A model generated the notes under the pieces. That model made no database searches, had not been told where the DNA came from, and saw only the letters and a program-made list of their open reading frames with translations. A stretch of 32,649 nt of DNA from positions 1-32,649 of the IMG/VR virus record IMGVR_UViG_3300037419_000783; one strand, given 5' to 3'. This document shows, piece after piece, positions 8,285-18,062 of the stretch. Every line of letters starts with the position of its first letter. Positions within the stretch are counted from its first letter, which is position 1. The position numbers were made by a program, and so were the translations under genes. The stretch is from a virus (lineage: Duplodnaviria; Caudoviricetes).

Positions 8285-10089
8285 TATTTGCTGTACTTCT
8301 TCACGAGGTCATCGATTGCGGCGGGCGTGGCAGCGGCCGGCGTGTATGGCTTAAACTCGCCGAAGTCCTGCACAATGTCGGCCGGGTTCATGCGGTTGCG
8401 CTCAGCAATGCCGCGATACATGGACGTGTCTTGGTCGTAGAGCGACTTATAGGCCTGGATGCGGTTATGGGCTTCCTTCAGGATGGCCGCCCGCGTCTCT
8501 GGCGTCAGAGCCTGGCCGCCGTTCAGCGCATTGGCAGTGCCGATCAGCCAATCCGGCAGCGACGCCGTGTTCTTGACCATGACCATTTCGCCCTCTCGAA
8601 CAACCGAGTTCGGGTCGAAGATCTTCCCAAGGCCATAGACGAGATTGAGGTCAGATGCCTTGGAGTTCGTGCCTGCGGTCTCCACCATGGATTTGTAGAT
8701 TGGCGCAGCTTGCGCGAGGTTCTTATAGGCGGGGAGCTGTGAAACCTCATGCCGAAGTTTGGTGGTGTCATCGAAGGACGCCGGAGTAGCATTTCCGGCT
8801 GCGCTCTTGGAGAACGTCTCGCGCCAGACCTTGGGATCAACGCCGGGAGGAACAGGCGGGATGGCCGAAGGCTGAGCAGAAGTCGGGGTCGCCTGCGGCT
8901 TGAACGGAGTAATTGTCTGCGTCCGCGGATCGCGCCAACCGTATTGCTCTGTTCCGAACTCATCCTTGCCGATGACGCCGTATTCCGGCCCCTTATTCGG
9001 CTCGCCCTTATCGATCGTGCGAATGATGTTGCCGCGCTTGTCCATGATGCCGACCTTGTTGCCAAGGTCCACCTGCGTCACGGCGTCCTGCGAAAGCTGG
9101 TTGGTCAGCATGATACCCAGCACCTTCTTGGTGCCGTCGCTGACGTAGGGGCTCGCCATCGCGGCCATGATGCGGGGATTGAAGCCGGATGCCGCAGGCA
9201 TGGCCTGCGCAACAGTCTGCACGGCCGGAGCCGGCTGGCCGGGAATGGCATAGCCTTCAGTGGACTGAGCGTTGACCGGAAGCGCGGCAGGATCAGCGCT
9301 CGCGGCCTGTACCGGAGCGCCGCCATAAGCCTTCGTGAACCGATCTGCGTAGGACTGCACAGACGTGCCGAGCTGGTCCCTGGCGTTCGGATTGTTCATC
9401 CCGCGCTCGCCGGCAAACCACGCCTTGGCCGCGCCTTCGGGACCGTACTTCTGGGCATATTGGCCGAACTGGCCCTTGAATACGGCGTCCTGCGCCTCGG
9501 GGCTGGCAAGGAACTGTTCGGGCGTCATCGCCGTGCCTAGATGCGCCTTGGTCCATTCCGGGATGTTGGCGCCCATGACCTGATATTTGCCATAGGCGCG
9601 GTCTCCGGTCTTGGTGACAGGGCCTAGCAGATCGTATTTCCCGCCACTCTCGATGCTGGCGATAGCCGATGCCGCATCGCCTGTCGGGGCCGTTATACCC
9701 GGCCGGAACGTAACCGGTGCCGGTCCTGGCGCAGCGGGAGCCGGATAGACGGCTTGGTCGGTACCGGCCGGGGCAATAACAGGCGCAGCAGCGGCGGGCG
9801 CCGCAGCAGGAGCGACGGCTGGCGTAGCAGACGGGGTCGCACCGCCATTAAACAGGCTGCTGATCAGCGCGGCCTCGCTGGCTGCGTTGGCCTTGGATGC
9901 TTCGTTCGCGTCTCTGGCTTGCATGCCACCGAACAGCGCTTGGGCCACCCGTGCCGCGCCCTGCGACCAGCTTTGCACCGGAGAATAATCCGAGCCCTGC
10001 GCCATCATCGCCTGCGCGACCTTGCGCTGAGCCGCGATCTCTTCCGGCGTCATTTGCGAGCCGCCGGAGCCCCAGATGAACGCAGCCAT
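8284..10089 (-). CDS. Ejection protein with lytic transglycosylase-like domain
   Basis: IASIESGG...AYGKYQVM...FLASPEAQDAVF...AAKAWFAG lysozyme-fold motifs; Pro/Ala linkers. Confidence 0.8.
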   Translation of the reverse strand: MAAFIWGSGGSQMTPEEIAAQRKVAQAMMAQGSDYSPVQSWSQGAARVAQALFGGMQARDANEASKANAASEAALISSLFNGGATPSATPAVAPAAAPAAAAPVIAPAGTDQAVYPAPAAPGPAPVTFRPGITAPTGDAASAIASIESGGKYDLLGPVTKTGDRAYGKYQVMGANIPEWTKAHLGTAMTPEQFLASPEAQDAVFKGQFGQYAQKYGPEGAAKAWFAGERGMNNPNARDQLGTSVQSYADRFTKAYGGAPVQAASADPAALPVNAQSTEGYAIPGQPAPAVQTVAQAMPAASGFNPRIMAAMASPYVSDGTKKVLGIMLTNQLSQDAVTQVDLGNKVGIMDKRGNIIRTIDKGEPNKGPEYGVIGKDEFGTEQYGWRDPRTQTITPFKPQATPTSAQPSAIPPVPPGVDPKVWRETFSKSAAGNATPASFDDTTKLRHEVSQLPAYKNLAQAAPIYKSMVETAGTNSKASDLNLVYGLGKIFDPNSVVREGEMVMVKNTASLPDWLIGTANALNGGQALTPETRAAILKEAHNRIQAYKSLYDQDTSMYRGIAERNRMNPADIVQDFGEFKPYTPAAATPAAIDDLVKKYSK

Positions 10090-11093
10090 TAGGCAAGCCC
10101 CAGCATTGCGTAGTTGACCATCTTGAAGCCATCCGATCCGGTCTTGACCGCCTCGGGCATCACGCGCTCAACCTCATCGGCCATGACGCCGCGCTCGCGG
10201 TTTCCGTCGATCGTATATTCGTACAGCGGCAGGCCGTGCGAAGTCGTTCCGATGCGTTCCACGTCGGTTTTCAGGCGGCGATCGGAATACTTGTAGATAC
10301 CCATGCCGCCGAGCGTACCGCCGAGGCCGAACAGCCCGCCCATGAGCGCATTGTTCTGAGCAACCTTGGTCTGGTACTGCTGATTTGCAGCGTTGTAGTT
10401 GTTCTGCACCATGCCGGCGTAGTCGGTGCCAGCGACTTGCGTCTGAGGCGTATTGGTGAAATTCGGCTGCCCGACCGCCGAGCCTGACATCAGCGCCGAG
10501 ATTTCGTTGATCGGCTGGTTGCGCTCGGTGAGGATATCGTTGACCGCCGTGCCATGGCCGCTGAGAATGAGCTGATCGAGCGCATCGTTCTTGTTCTGCG
10601 ACAGACGGGTCATTTCCGTGTTCCAGGCGTCGGAGCCGGGACGAATGCCGGAGTTGACCAGGTTTGCCCGCATCGAGGCTTCGTCCCTCGCGAACTGCGG
10701 TTGCAGGCGACGTGTGCCGAGGTCCATCAGGCGGTTTTCAACCGCATCATTGTTCAGATTGACGTTCGTGCCCAGCAGATCGCCGATCTTCTTGGACGCT
10801 GTGACGCCTGCATTACCAAGGTTCAGCTTGGTCTGGCTGGTCAGATCGTAGAGCTTCTGCCCGGTCGGCGACAGGCTCTGCGTCGCAGTGAACTGCGGAA
10901 CGGTGTAGGTTTTCCCGTCCGCACCCGTGAACGTGTTGTTTCCGCTCTGGGTGTATGTCAGGGAGCCGTCCGGCGTCACCTGATTGGTCATGTTCAGAAG
11001 CTGCTGCGTCGTCGCAGTGTTCTGGTTCATGGTGCCTTGAGCTTCGGCAGTTTTTACCGGATCAGGCGCGGCTGGTGCTTGGGGAGCGTCCAT
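10089..11093 (-). CDS. DNA pilot/ejection protein with C-terminal peptidase S74-like domain
   Basis: PAAPDPVKTA N-terminus; Gly-rich hydrophobic stretch followed by YSDRRLKTDV...GVMADEV. Confidence 0.8.
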   Translation of the reverse strand: MDAPQAPAAPDPVKTAEAQGTMNQNTATTQQLLNMTNQVTPDGSLTYTQSGNNTFTGADGKTYTVPQFTATQSLSPTGQKLYDLTSQTKLNLGNAGVTASKKIGDLLGTNVNLNNDAVENRLMDLGTRRLQPQFARDEASMRANLVNSGIRPGSDAWNTEMTRLSQNKNDALDQLILSGHGTAVNDILTERNQPINEISALMSGSAVGQPNFTNTPQTQVAGTDYAGMVQNNYNAANQQYQTKVAQNNALMGGLFGLGGTLGGMGIYKYSDRRLKTDVERIGTTSHGLPLYEYTIDGNRERGVMADEVERVMPEAVKTGSDGFKMVNYAMLGLA

Positions 11094-11470
11094 CAGTAGT
11101 TCCAGTCCTCTCGCAAGATGCCAAGGATTGTTGCGTCCCTGCCATTGCCAAAGTGGTTGCGTTTGAGGCCTTCCACCGTTGCGCCCAGACGCTGGGCAAT
11201 CTTGATAACTTCAGGCTTCTCAGTCGTGATCGACATACGCAGGCAGCCGATCTGTCCGAAAACGTACTTTCCAACTGCCGAGATGAACTCGCGGGTAAAC
11301 CGCTCTCCGGCGACCGTCACTGCGATGTCGTTTCCGGTATAGCAGTTGAACACTACGCCGGCCGTGATCCTGCCGTCTTTCTCGATCCCCATTGCCGTAT
11401 AGGGTGGGCAGATGATCGTCCCGCACCGCTCTCCGACGAAGCGCGCGACACGTTCGTCAGTCACGATCAC
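11093..11470 (-). CDS. GNAT-fold virion assembly protein
   Basis: 125 aa; YVFGQIGCLR...RLGATVEGLKR...ILGILRED pattern; positioned between nozzle and pilot genes. Confidence 0.75.
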   Translation of the reverse strand: MIVTDERVARFVGERCGTIICPPYTAMGIEKDGRITAGVVFNCYTGNDIAVTVAGERFTREFISAVGKYVFGQIGCLRMSITTEKPEVIKIAQRLGATVEGLKRNHFGNGRDATILGILREDWNY

Positions 11471-13353
11471 GAGACGACATCACCCATATCAAACGTCAGC
11501 TCAGTCTCGACAAACTCTACATCGGGCGGTGACGAAGACCCGCTTGTGATCTGAGATGCGACCGCGAGCGCATATCCGCTCCCGCTTACTGACTGCCAGT
11601 TCCTAAACGTCTGCTTTGCAGCAGTTGTGCCCCACACACCCTCACCCCACTTCGCGGCACCCCAGACGCTGCCGACGACAGTCGAGATATCGTCGGGTGG
11701 TGATGGAAGATTGATATTGTAGTCCGATTGCAAGGAGCACTTCACCTGCACTTTGCTCTTGGCCCGAACCGAGGCCCGTGCTGACAAACCAATCTTGAGA
11801 GAGGCCGGACTTTTCAACGGGTCAAATAGCGGCACCACCGTCGCGGTAAACGGCACCCCTTGATCTGCCCCAGTCACTTCCATTTCGACGACAACACCAC
11901 CTTTGGAGCCGTAGAAGAAACGATCACCGAACAAGGCCATGCAGGTTGCATCCAATCCCGTAAAGACGCACCATGCGCCCGTCCGCGCATTGGCAACCAG
12001 CATTTGGGCTTGCTGCGCTGTGCCAGTCGGAGGCGCAACAATAACCATTTGTTTGGTCGGCCAGACCGCACAATTCCAATCGGCGGAAACCCGCTCCGCT
12101 ACCGCTTCATTCCAGCCGGTTTCAATCGGATAGGATATCGCCGATGGCGACAGTGCCGCAATATCACGCTGCGTTGCGACCGAAAGCGGAATAAATCCAA
12201 TGTCCGTGGCGATGATTAGATCGCCGCCCGCTCGGACCAATGCTTTCGGACCACGCGGCTTACCGATGCGATAAACACCCGTCTTCGTCCATGTCGAAGC
12301 ACTTGATGGGTCCGCGCCGCTATAGACCGCAACCTCTCCCTCCGTGGTGAAGAAAGCGCATTGCTCGGAGAGACCGTTGCCAGACTCGATCGACCATGAG
12401 GCGCCGAACAGAAGCGAACCGCCGAGTGTGAACACGCCTCCGAGCGGAAGTTTCACTGCCGTCCCGGTAATGCTATCAACCGGCAAATACCACGCATTCA
12501 GGCTATTCTTTTCGATGTAAAACAGCCTGTTCTTGTAGACCCAATTATTGGACAGCGATGAGGTCGAAACCCCAGTGATCTTGCCGAACAACAGCGAAAT
12601 CGTGCCGTTGACGACCGCCGCACCACCGGCACTTGTGATGGCCTCATTGTCCTGGAAAGGCCCGCCCGTGACTGTGCCAAGCCATAGCGTTCCCGATGCC
12701 GTCGTTCCGATCACCTTGACGATGACTGCGGATGCGCCGGACGTTCCGCCCGTGACGGTCTGGCCGGCTGTAAACGCGAGCGTGCCGCCATCGTAGTTCA
12801 GCGCGCTCAAATCCTGATTGCTGATCGGATAGAACGTAGTTCCGTCATAGATCAGCTTGTTGTCCGAACCGTTGACGAGATCAAGGAATACACCGCCGGT
12901 GGTCGCGAACTGAACACTCGACCACGCTCCTCCGGTCAATCCACTTACAACAGCCGCAGTCGAACTATCGACCAATGCATTACCGAGATCATCTACTAAG
13001 ATGTTATCGATATCGTCAGCAATGAAGCTAAAAGCAGCGCTCGAAATGTCTGATATAGCATTATAAGTCGCAGCAAACATAGACTGGTTGTTGCCGTTCA
13101 CATAAGTGAATAGCGAGGTGATATCGTCGCCTGCCAATAACTGAGCGTAGGCTTCGGTACCTCCTCGCATCCGAATTCCGGTAGCAGTCGGGAACCAGTT
13201 CTCCAGCACTGCGGCGCCGTTGACCTTCTGGCCGTTCGGCATGCGCGCGTCTGGCGTTGCCAGATTGACGTTCTTGATCCAGCCGCCCATTGGCGCCGGG
13301 TAGGACTGGCTTTTGGCGAGGCGCGGTTTAACGCGCGCTGCGGGTTGTCTCAT
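11467..13353 (-). CDS. Tail nozzle / packaged-DNA stabilisation protein (P22 gp10-like position)
   Basis: 628 aa, beta-rich; PAPMGGW, LENWFP and YKNRLFY motifs; synteny. Confidence 0.8.
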   Translation of the reverse strand: MRQPAARVKPRLAKSQSYPAPMGGWIKNVNLATPDARMPNGQKVNGAAVLENWFPTATGIRMRGGTEAYAQLLAGDDITSLFTYVNGNNQSMFAATYNAISDISSAAFSFIADDIDNILVDDLGNALVDSSTAAVVSGLTGGAWSSVQFATTGGVFLDLVNGSDNKLIYDGTTFYPISNQDLSALNYDGGTLAFTAGQTVTGGTSGASAVIVKVIGTTASGTLWLGTVTGGPFQDNEAITSAGGAAVVNGTISLLFGKITGVSTSSLSNNWVYKNRLFYIEKNSLNAWYLPVDSITGTAVKLPLGGVFTLGGSLLFGASWSIESGNGLSEQCAFFTTEGEVAVYSGADPSSASTWTKTGVYRIGKPRGPKALVRAGGDLIIATDIGFIPLSVATQRDIAALSPSAISYPIETGWNEAVAERVSADWNCAVWPTKQMVIVAPPTGTAQQAQMLVANARTGAWCVFTGLDATCMALFGDRFFYGSKGGVVVEMEVTGADQGVPFTATVVPLFDPLKSPASLKIGLSARASVRAKSKVQVKCSLQSDYNINLPSPPDDISTVVGSVWGAAKWGEGVWGTTAAKQTFRNWQSVSGSGYALAVASQITSGSSSPPDVEFVETELTFDMGDVVS

Positions 13354-14033
13354 GCTCCGAGGGGCCCTGGATATGCAGTCTGAACGTTGTAGGGCACACG
13401 CTGGCGGCCGGCGACAAGGACGCGGCTGCCCTTATCGGTCGCTGTCTCCTCGCCGAAGGCGATCTCGAAATTCTGCATGTCCTCCGCGTATTCGAGACGC
13501 TTGGACGCGCGCCATCTCCAGATGATGGAGAGGGTCAGAAGGCGTTCAGGAAGAACAAACGTATCCGTATCGGCCGTGAACGCCGTCTTGGAGCCGGATA
13601 CGATGAGGTTGCTGATGTAATAGTACGAATGCACCACGCCCAAGCCCGGCGCCGGCAGAACCTGCAATTCCCCGCCGAGCACAATCCAGTAACCCGGCGT
13701 CGTGGTGCTCAGGTGGTTCTGAAAGTAGTCCCATTGATCGAGGTCAGTTGCCTTGATCAGGTCAACGTTGGTCGAGCTGCTGGCAAGATTGGTCTTGGCC
13801 GCCATGCGAGCGTAATCTGTCGGCAGGGCGAAGGACGTAGCTGATCCATCCCCAGTGATCGTGGCGCGCTTCGTCAGCGCCTGCCAGTCATACCGCTTCA
13901 TGATCGCGACGGCGGACTTGTTCGCCTGAACCCGCAACTCCTTGGCGAACGTGTCCGTCGTCGAGAAAACGCTTGTCGGCTCCGTCTGGCTCAGTTCAAT
14001 GGCTGCTTCCTGACAAGCCGACAAGATGGTCAT
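13350..14033 (-). CDS. Head-tail adaptor protein
   Basis: 227 aa; YDWQAL, FALPTDY and FTADTDTFVLPERLL motifs; synteny. Confidence 0.78.
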   Translation of the reverse strand: MTILSACQEAAIELSQTEPTSVFSTTDTFAKELRVQANKSAVAIMKRYDWQALTKRATITGDGSATSFALPTDYARMAAKTNLASSSTNVDLIKATDLDQWDYFQNHLSTTTPGYWIVLGGELQVLPAPGLGVVHSYYYISNLIVSGSKTAFTADTDTFVLPERLLTLSIIWRWRASKRLEYAEDMQNFEIAFGEETATDKGSRVLVAGRQRVPYNVQTAYPGPLGA

Positions 14034-14470
14034 GCGGGCTCCTTGACCGGCTCAGGGCCGAGAACAGTTGGCTGGTCAATACGGCCCGGCTCTTCACCCG
14101 GCAGGGGCTTGGTCGTATCGTGCGGGTTCTCGTCCGGCTTGGACTCGCCATAGCCGAGATTTTCCTGCACGCGCTCGTCGTCTGGCGCCTTGGTGCCGCG
14201 CAGAGCGTCGAGTTCAGCCTGTCGCTCGGCGATCTCCTGCTCAAGCTGAGCAACGCGGCCCGGATCAGGTTCGCCGTTCTTGAACGCCTGATATTTGCCG
14301 GGATACATGTCGCGGTAGCGGATGCCCGTCTCCGGGCTCTTCATGTCGGCCGGAAATGCAATGACCTTGCCATCGGGATACTTGATCTCGATGATGTCCA
14401 TTTCCTGCGTCTCGGTGCCATCGCGCATCGTCTCGATCGGCACCTCGGTCTTGCGGAACGTTACTTCCAT
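14030..14470 (-). CDS. Hypothetical protein, paralog of the upstream 232-aa gene
   Basis: GGAGG SD; ATGA overlap with the adaptor gene; shared motif order. Confidence 0.7.
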   Translation of the reverse strand: MEVTFRKTEVPIETMRDGTETQEMDIIEIKYPDGKVIAFPADMKSPETGIRYRDMYPGKYQAFKNGEPDPGRVAQLEQEIAERQAELDALRGTKAPDDERVQENLGYGESKPDENPHDTTKPLPGEEPGRIDQPTVLGPEPVKEPA

Positions 14471-14479
14471 TGCTGCCTC

Positions 14480-15178
14480 CTAGGCTGCTTCATCGGCGAG
14501 ACCAAGGGCGATCTCGTCTGCGCGCTTAACAAGCGTCGCATGCGAGGGGTTCCCCTTCGGGCGCTCGCCGATCTTCTCATCGATCCAATCCTTGATCTGA
14601 TCTGCGGTCCACGATGCGAATTCGGAATCGCTGACGCCAGCTTTGTCTGCACGAAGCTCCGCGACAGTGCGGCGAAGCTCTTCAAGCTCCGCTGCCATCT
14701 TCGTGACGTTTGCCGAGCCCTTGGCATTATCGAGATAGGCTTGCGCCTGATTCTTCAGGTCGCGACCGCCCTGCCCGAGGTTCTTGAGCGGCTGACCGTC
14801 GAGAGCGGCAAGCGCTTCTGCCGTGTAGATGCTCAGCGCCTTCAGTTCCGAGCGCTTGGCCTGCGTCAGGAACGGCAGCTCGTCCACAGGAGTGCCTTCG
14901 GCCACCTGCTGTTGCTTGGCCTTGAAACGCTTGTATTGATCGCTCCAGCGCTGGGCATAAGTGATCTTGATGGTGTCGCCGCTCTCGTCCTGTGTTTCGC
15001 CGCAGATCGAATGAGCCGGAAACACGCTGATCTTGTTTCGGTCGCCCGCAAAGCGGACCTCCACGACCTCCATATCATCGAAGATCGGCCGGCCGGCCTC
15101 TTTGCTCTTGGCCTCGTTCTTCTGGGTATGGATCTTGAACACGGGGATGACGAGGGGGTCGTTCTTGTCGATAGCCAT
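14480..15178 (-). CDS. Conserved-type phage head-region protein (HhH-like middle, coiled coil)
   Basis: 232 aa; GGAG SD; GTPVDELPFL..ELKALSIYTAEALA. Confidence 0.75.
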   Translation of the reverse strand: MAIDKNDPLVIPVFKIHTQKNEAKSKEAGRPIFDDMEVVEVRFAGDRNKISVFPAHSICGETQDESGDTIKITYAQRWSDQYKRFKAKQQQVAEGTPVDELPFLTQAKRSELKALSIYTAEALAALDGQPLKNLGQGGRDLKNQAQAYLDNAKGSANVTKMAAELEELRRTVAELRADKAGVSDSEFASWTADQIKDWIDEKIGERPKGNPSHATLVKRADEIALGLADEAA

Positions 15179-15204
15179 TGGGCTTTCTCCGTCTGAGGGA
15201 ATGC

Positions 15205-15231
15205 AAAAGAAAAGCGGGGCCGAAGCCCCGC
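15205..15231 (-). terminator. Intrinsic terminator
   Basis: GCGGGGC-TTCG-GCCCCGC-TTTTCTTTT. Confidence 0.9.
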
Positions 15232-15241
15232 CAGATCGTCG

Positions 15242-15778
15242 TTAGGTGATGGCGCCCTGCGCGAACGGGCGATTGATCTCGACCACCGCTTGGTTGGCAG
15301 CCGGAGTTCCGGTCGCCGTCACGTTGATGGCGTTCAGCACCTGCTTGCCGGCCGCAGCCGTCGAGGTCACCTGACCAGAGCCAGCCAGATAGACAGGGCC
15401 TGGGCCAGCCGCGAGCGTGCCGTTGGTCGCAACCACGGCCTGGCCCGAGATCTGGTACCAGCCGTACTGGTTGGCGACGTTCGCCGACATCGCGACAGCC
15501 AGCGGCTGAGCGAGGTTCGCCGTCGAAGGCGCCAAGGTCGTCTGGAAGGTCGGCGTGCCGCTGCTGTTGCCGTTGTAGGTCACGACAGAGCCGACGACAG
15601 TAGATGCGACGCCCTTGAGCAAGATGAACTCGCCGACGCCATAGGTGGGATCGACCGCCGTCACGATCGTGCCGAGCGGCGGGGTGGTGTTCGACGTGCC
15701 GCCGCCCACCCAGGGCCCGGTAGAGGTCGCGGCGATCTTGGGAAGACCCATCGCCTCGTCCATGATGGTGTATGCCAT
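15242..15778 (-). CDS. Capsid decoration/cement protein
   Basis: 178 aa, G/T/A-rich; QYGWYQISG; follows the major capsid gene. Confidence 0.75.
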   Translation of the reverse strand: MAYTIMDEAMGLPKIAATSTGPWVGGGTSNTTPPLGTIVTAVDPTYGVGEFILLKGVASTVVGSVVTYNGNSSGTPTFQTTLAPSTANLAQPLAVAMSANVANQYGWYQISGQAVVATNGTLAAGPGPVYLAGSGQVTSTAAAGKQVLNAINVTATGTPAANQAVVEINRPFAQGAIT

Positions 15779-15800
15779 GTGAGAAGTCTCCAGATTGATG

Positions 15801-15832
15801 AAAGGGGGAAGAAGCGGCCCTCAGGCCGCCTC
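15801..15832 (-). terminator. Hairpin after the capsid gene (weak terminator or stability element)
   Basis: GAGGCGGCC-TGAG-GGCCGCTTC followed by a poor U tract. Confidence 0.45.
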
Positions 15833-15835
15833 AGA

Positions 15836-16858
15836 TCACGCCGCCGGGTTGCTGTCGTACATGCGCCAGTTGAACAGCGGGTTGGTCATGGTCAGCTCGC
15901 CCATCCACCCAATGAACTGCGCCAAAGCGTCCTGGTTGAGCGGCTTCTGGCCGTCGCCCTCGAACAGCTTGTCGAAGTTACGGCTGGGGTTGTACCGGAG
16001 CCGCAGGCTGTCGGTGTCCAGGCCGTAAGTGGTGTTGGACGGCATGTTGGAGCCGATACCGCCATCCATGACGATTTCCGCGCGCTTGCCGCCGCCGATA
16101 TACTCCAGCGCCGAGAAGCCCAACTTGCCGAGTTCGCTCGACGTGTTGGTGGTGCGCTGGATCGCCAGCGTCGCCGCGTCATACGCCTCGTAATGCTCAG
16201 GCGACATGATGAGCAGGTCCGCATGACGCCGGCCGCGCGAGCGAGCGGTCATGATGCGGTTGAGGAACGGGCGGATGGTGGTGGAGGTCACCTGCGTGCC
16301 GATGGTCGTGAACGCGGAATTCACGTCATAGGTCGTGGTACGCCAGATCGAGTTCGCACCACGGTCAATGCCGCCGTAAGTGCCAGAGTTGGTGACGATC
16401 GGAACCGCCGCCGCGAGGCCCGTGAGCTGCTTGCCGCCGTTGGCCGTGCCGTCCGAGTGGATGGCCGTGTCCATCGCGTCTTCCAGCGAGCTTTCCGCGG
16501 CCATCATATAGGACTTGAGGACCGGCTTGAGCTGGTTGGCGCCCTGGTTGTTGAGGATTTCCTCCATGGTCAAGCTGATCGGGACGGCCACCATCTTGGG
16601 GGTGTAATAGGCGTCGTTGAACAGCTCGATCGGGGGATTGTCCAGGAAGTCGTAGCCCGAATACCACTGGGCATCCTGCTTCGCGATCTGGAGGGTTTCA
16701 CGAATGCGGGGACCGGAATAGGACTCCCACAGACCTTTGCGGCGCAGCGTGGCGAGGAGCGCGTTTCCGTTGGAAACCAGATCCTGCCAAGCCGGCGCGC
16801 GCTCTTCAAGTGCCATCGAAAGCACTTGCTGATAGGCGGTAACCGGATTGATAGCCAT
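15836..16858 (-). CDS. Major capsid protein
   Basis: 340 aa; WYSGYD, SDGTANGGKQLTGL and YGGIDR motifs; AGGAG SD; strong codon bias; follows scaffold. Confidence 0.92.
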   Translation of the reverse strand: MAINPVTAYQQVLSMALEERAPAWQDLVSNGNALLATLRRKGLWESYSGPRIRETLQIAKQDAQWYSGYDFLDNPPIELFNDAYYTPKMVAVPISLTMEEILNNQGANQLKPVLKSYMMAAESSLEDAMDTAIHSDGTANGGKQLTGLAAAVPIVTNSGTYGGIDRGANSIWRTTTYDVNSAFTTIGTQVTSTTIRPFLNRIMTARSRGRRHADLLIMSPEHYEAYDAATLAIQRTTNTSSELGKLGFSALEYIGGGKRAEIVMDGGIGSNMPSNTTYGLDTDSLRLRYNPSRNFDKLFEGDGQKPLNQDALAQFIGWMGELTMTNPLFNWRMYDSNPAA

Positions 16859-16871
16859 TGTCGTTTATCTC

Positions 16872-18035
16872 CTACCCTGCCTGCCCAAAGGCTCGGTCCA
16901 GGGCTTCATCGAGGGATTTGGATGTGCGCTTCTTCGCTGCGGGGGTTGAGCCCACGGAAGGCGCGCCGTTGATTGATTTCTGGCCCTTGTCGGGATGAAC
17001 CGGGGGCTCGTGTGCAGCGGATGAGGCTGCTGGGGCAGTCTCCTTGGCCTGGCCGGCGGGCGCGGGGTTGAGCCGTTCCGCCAGTTGGTAGGCTTCAGGA
17101 AGGTCTTTCGCGCGGCCCGACTTCATGAAGAAGGCGATGTCTTCCGCCAATTCTTCGAAGCGCGGGTGTTCGCTCGCAAATTTGTTGATCTCTGTCAGCG
17201 TCGCCTGCTCGCGCTGCTGCTCGATGGTCTGCGTGACGCCGCCGACCTGCTGCTTGATGGTCGCCAGCTCCTGCCGAAGCTCGCGGATCACAGCATCCTG
17301 CTGGCTCGCCTGCTCCTCGGGCTTCTGGCCCATGACATGTGCCGCGACATCACGGAGCGAAAAGCCGAGCCGCTGGCAGAGCATATCAAGGCCACCGATC
17401 GGGTCTTGGCGAAGTTTGTTCTCCATGTTGACGTATTCACGGACGACGCCAGACAGCTCCTTGCCGCTGGCCTTCGCCATCTCGTGGAATTCGTTGAGCG
17501 TCTGGTCACGCTCGGACGACTGCTTGTACTTCTGGAAGCCGTCAGTCAGTTCCTTGATCGCGCGCTCGGTCTCACGGCGCACAGACTCGGGCGCGGTCGC
17601 CCATTCCTTCTTGGCATCCTCAGAGAAGCGCGAGGGTGCTTCGCTGGCGGTGAAGCTGGGCTTTGCAGCCTCGACTGGCTTGGCCGCATCCTTGGCCACG
17701 GCTGGCGCGGCGTCGGGCTGTTTCGGAGCGAACTTGCCGTCCTGCGCACGAACCGGAGCTTCTTTCGGCTCTGCTTTCGCGTCGGCCTTGGCATCGGCTT
17801 TGGGCTCGGGAGCCTTGGCGGCTTCGGCCTGTTTCGCGTTGCTCTTGGCGATCGCACGCTCAATGCTGTCATCGAGCGAAGCGGGCTTGGCAGGCTCGGT
17901 CTTGGCCTGAGCATCGGGCGGGATCTGCGAGCCGAGCGGCGAGTTGAAACCGGGCGCGTTCTCGTTGATGACGGCACCGCCAACATCGGTATCAGGCGCG
18001 GGGGCGCTATCAGCGATAACTGCTGCATCGGTCAT
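16872..18035 (-). CDS. Scaffolding protein
   Basis: 387 aa, low-complexity A/P/K N-terminus; FASEHPRFEEL..DLPEAYQLAERLNP; SLDEALDRAF C-terminus. Confidence 0.82.
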   Translation of the reverse strand: MTDAAVIADSAPAPDTDVGGAVINENAPGFNSPLGSQIPPDAQAKTEPAKPASLDDSIERAIAKSNAKQAEAAKAPEPKADAKADAKAEPKEAPVRAQDGKFAPKQPDAAPAVAKDAAKPVEAAKPSFTASEAPSRFSEDAKKEWATAPESVRRETERAIKELTDGFQKYKQSSERDQTLNEFHEMAKASGKELSGVVREYVNMENKLRQDPIGGLDMLCQRLGFSLRDVAAHVMGQKPEEQASQQDAVIRELRQELATIKQQVGGVTQTIEQQREQATLTEINKFASEHPRFEELAEDIAFFMKSGRAKDLPEAYQLAERLNPAPAGQAKETAPAASSAAHEPPVHPDKGQKSINGAPSVGSTPAAKKRTSKSLDEALDRAFGQAG

Positions 18036-18062
18036 GGTATCATCCTGTCTGAGAGGGTGCGG

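Noticed and set aside
13973-15196. 407-aa plus-strand ORF
   Set aside because: Antisense shadow of two well-supported minus-strand genes
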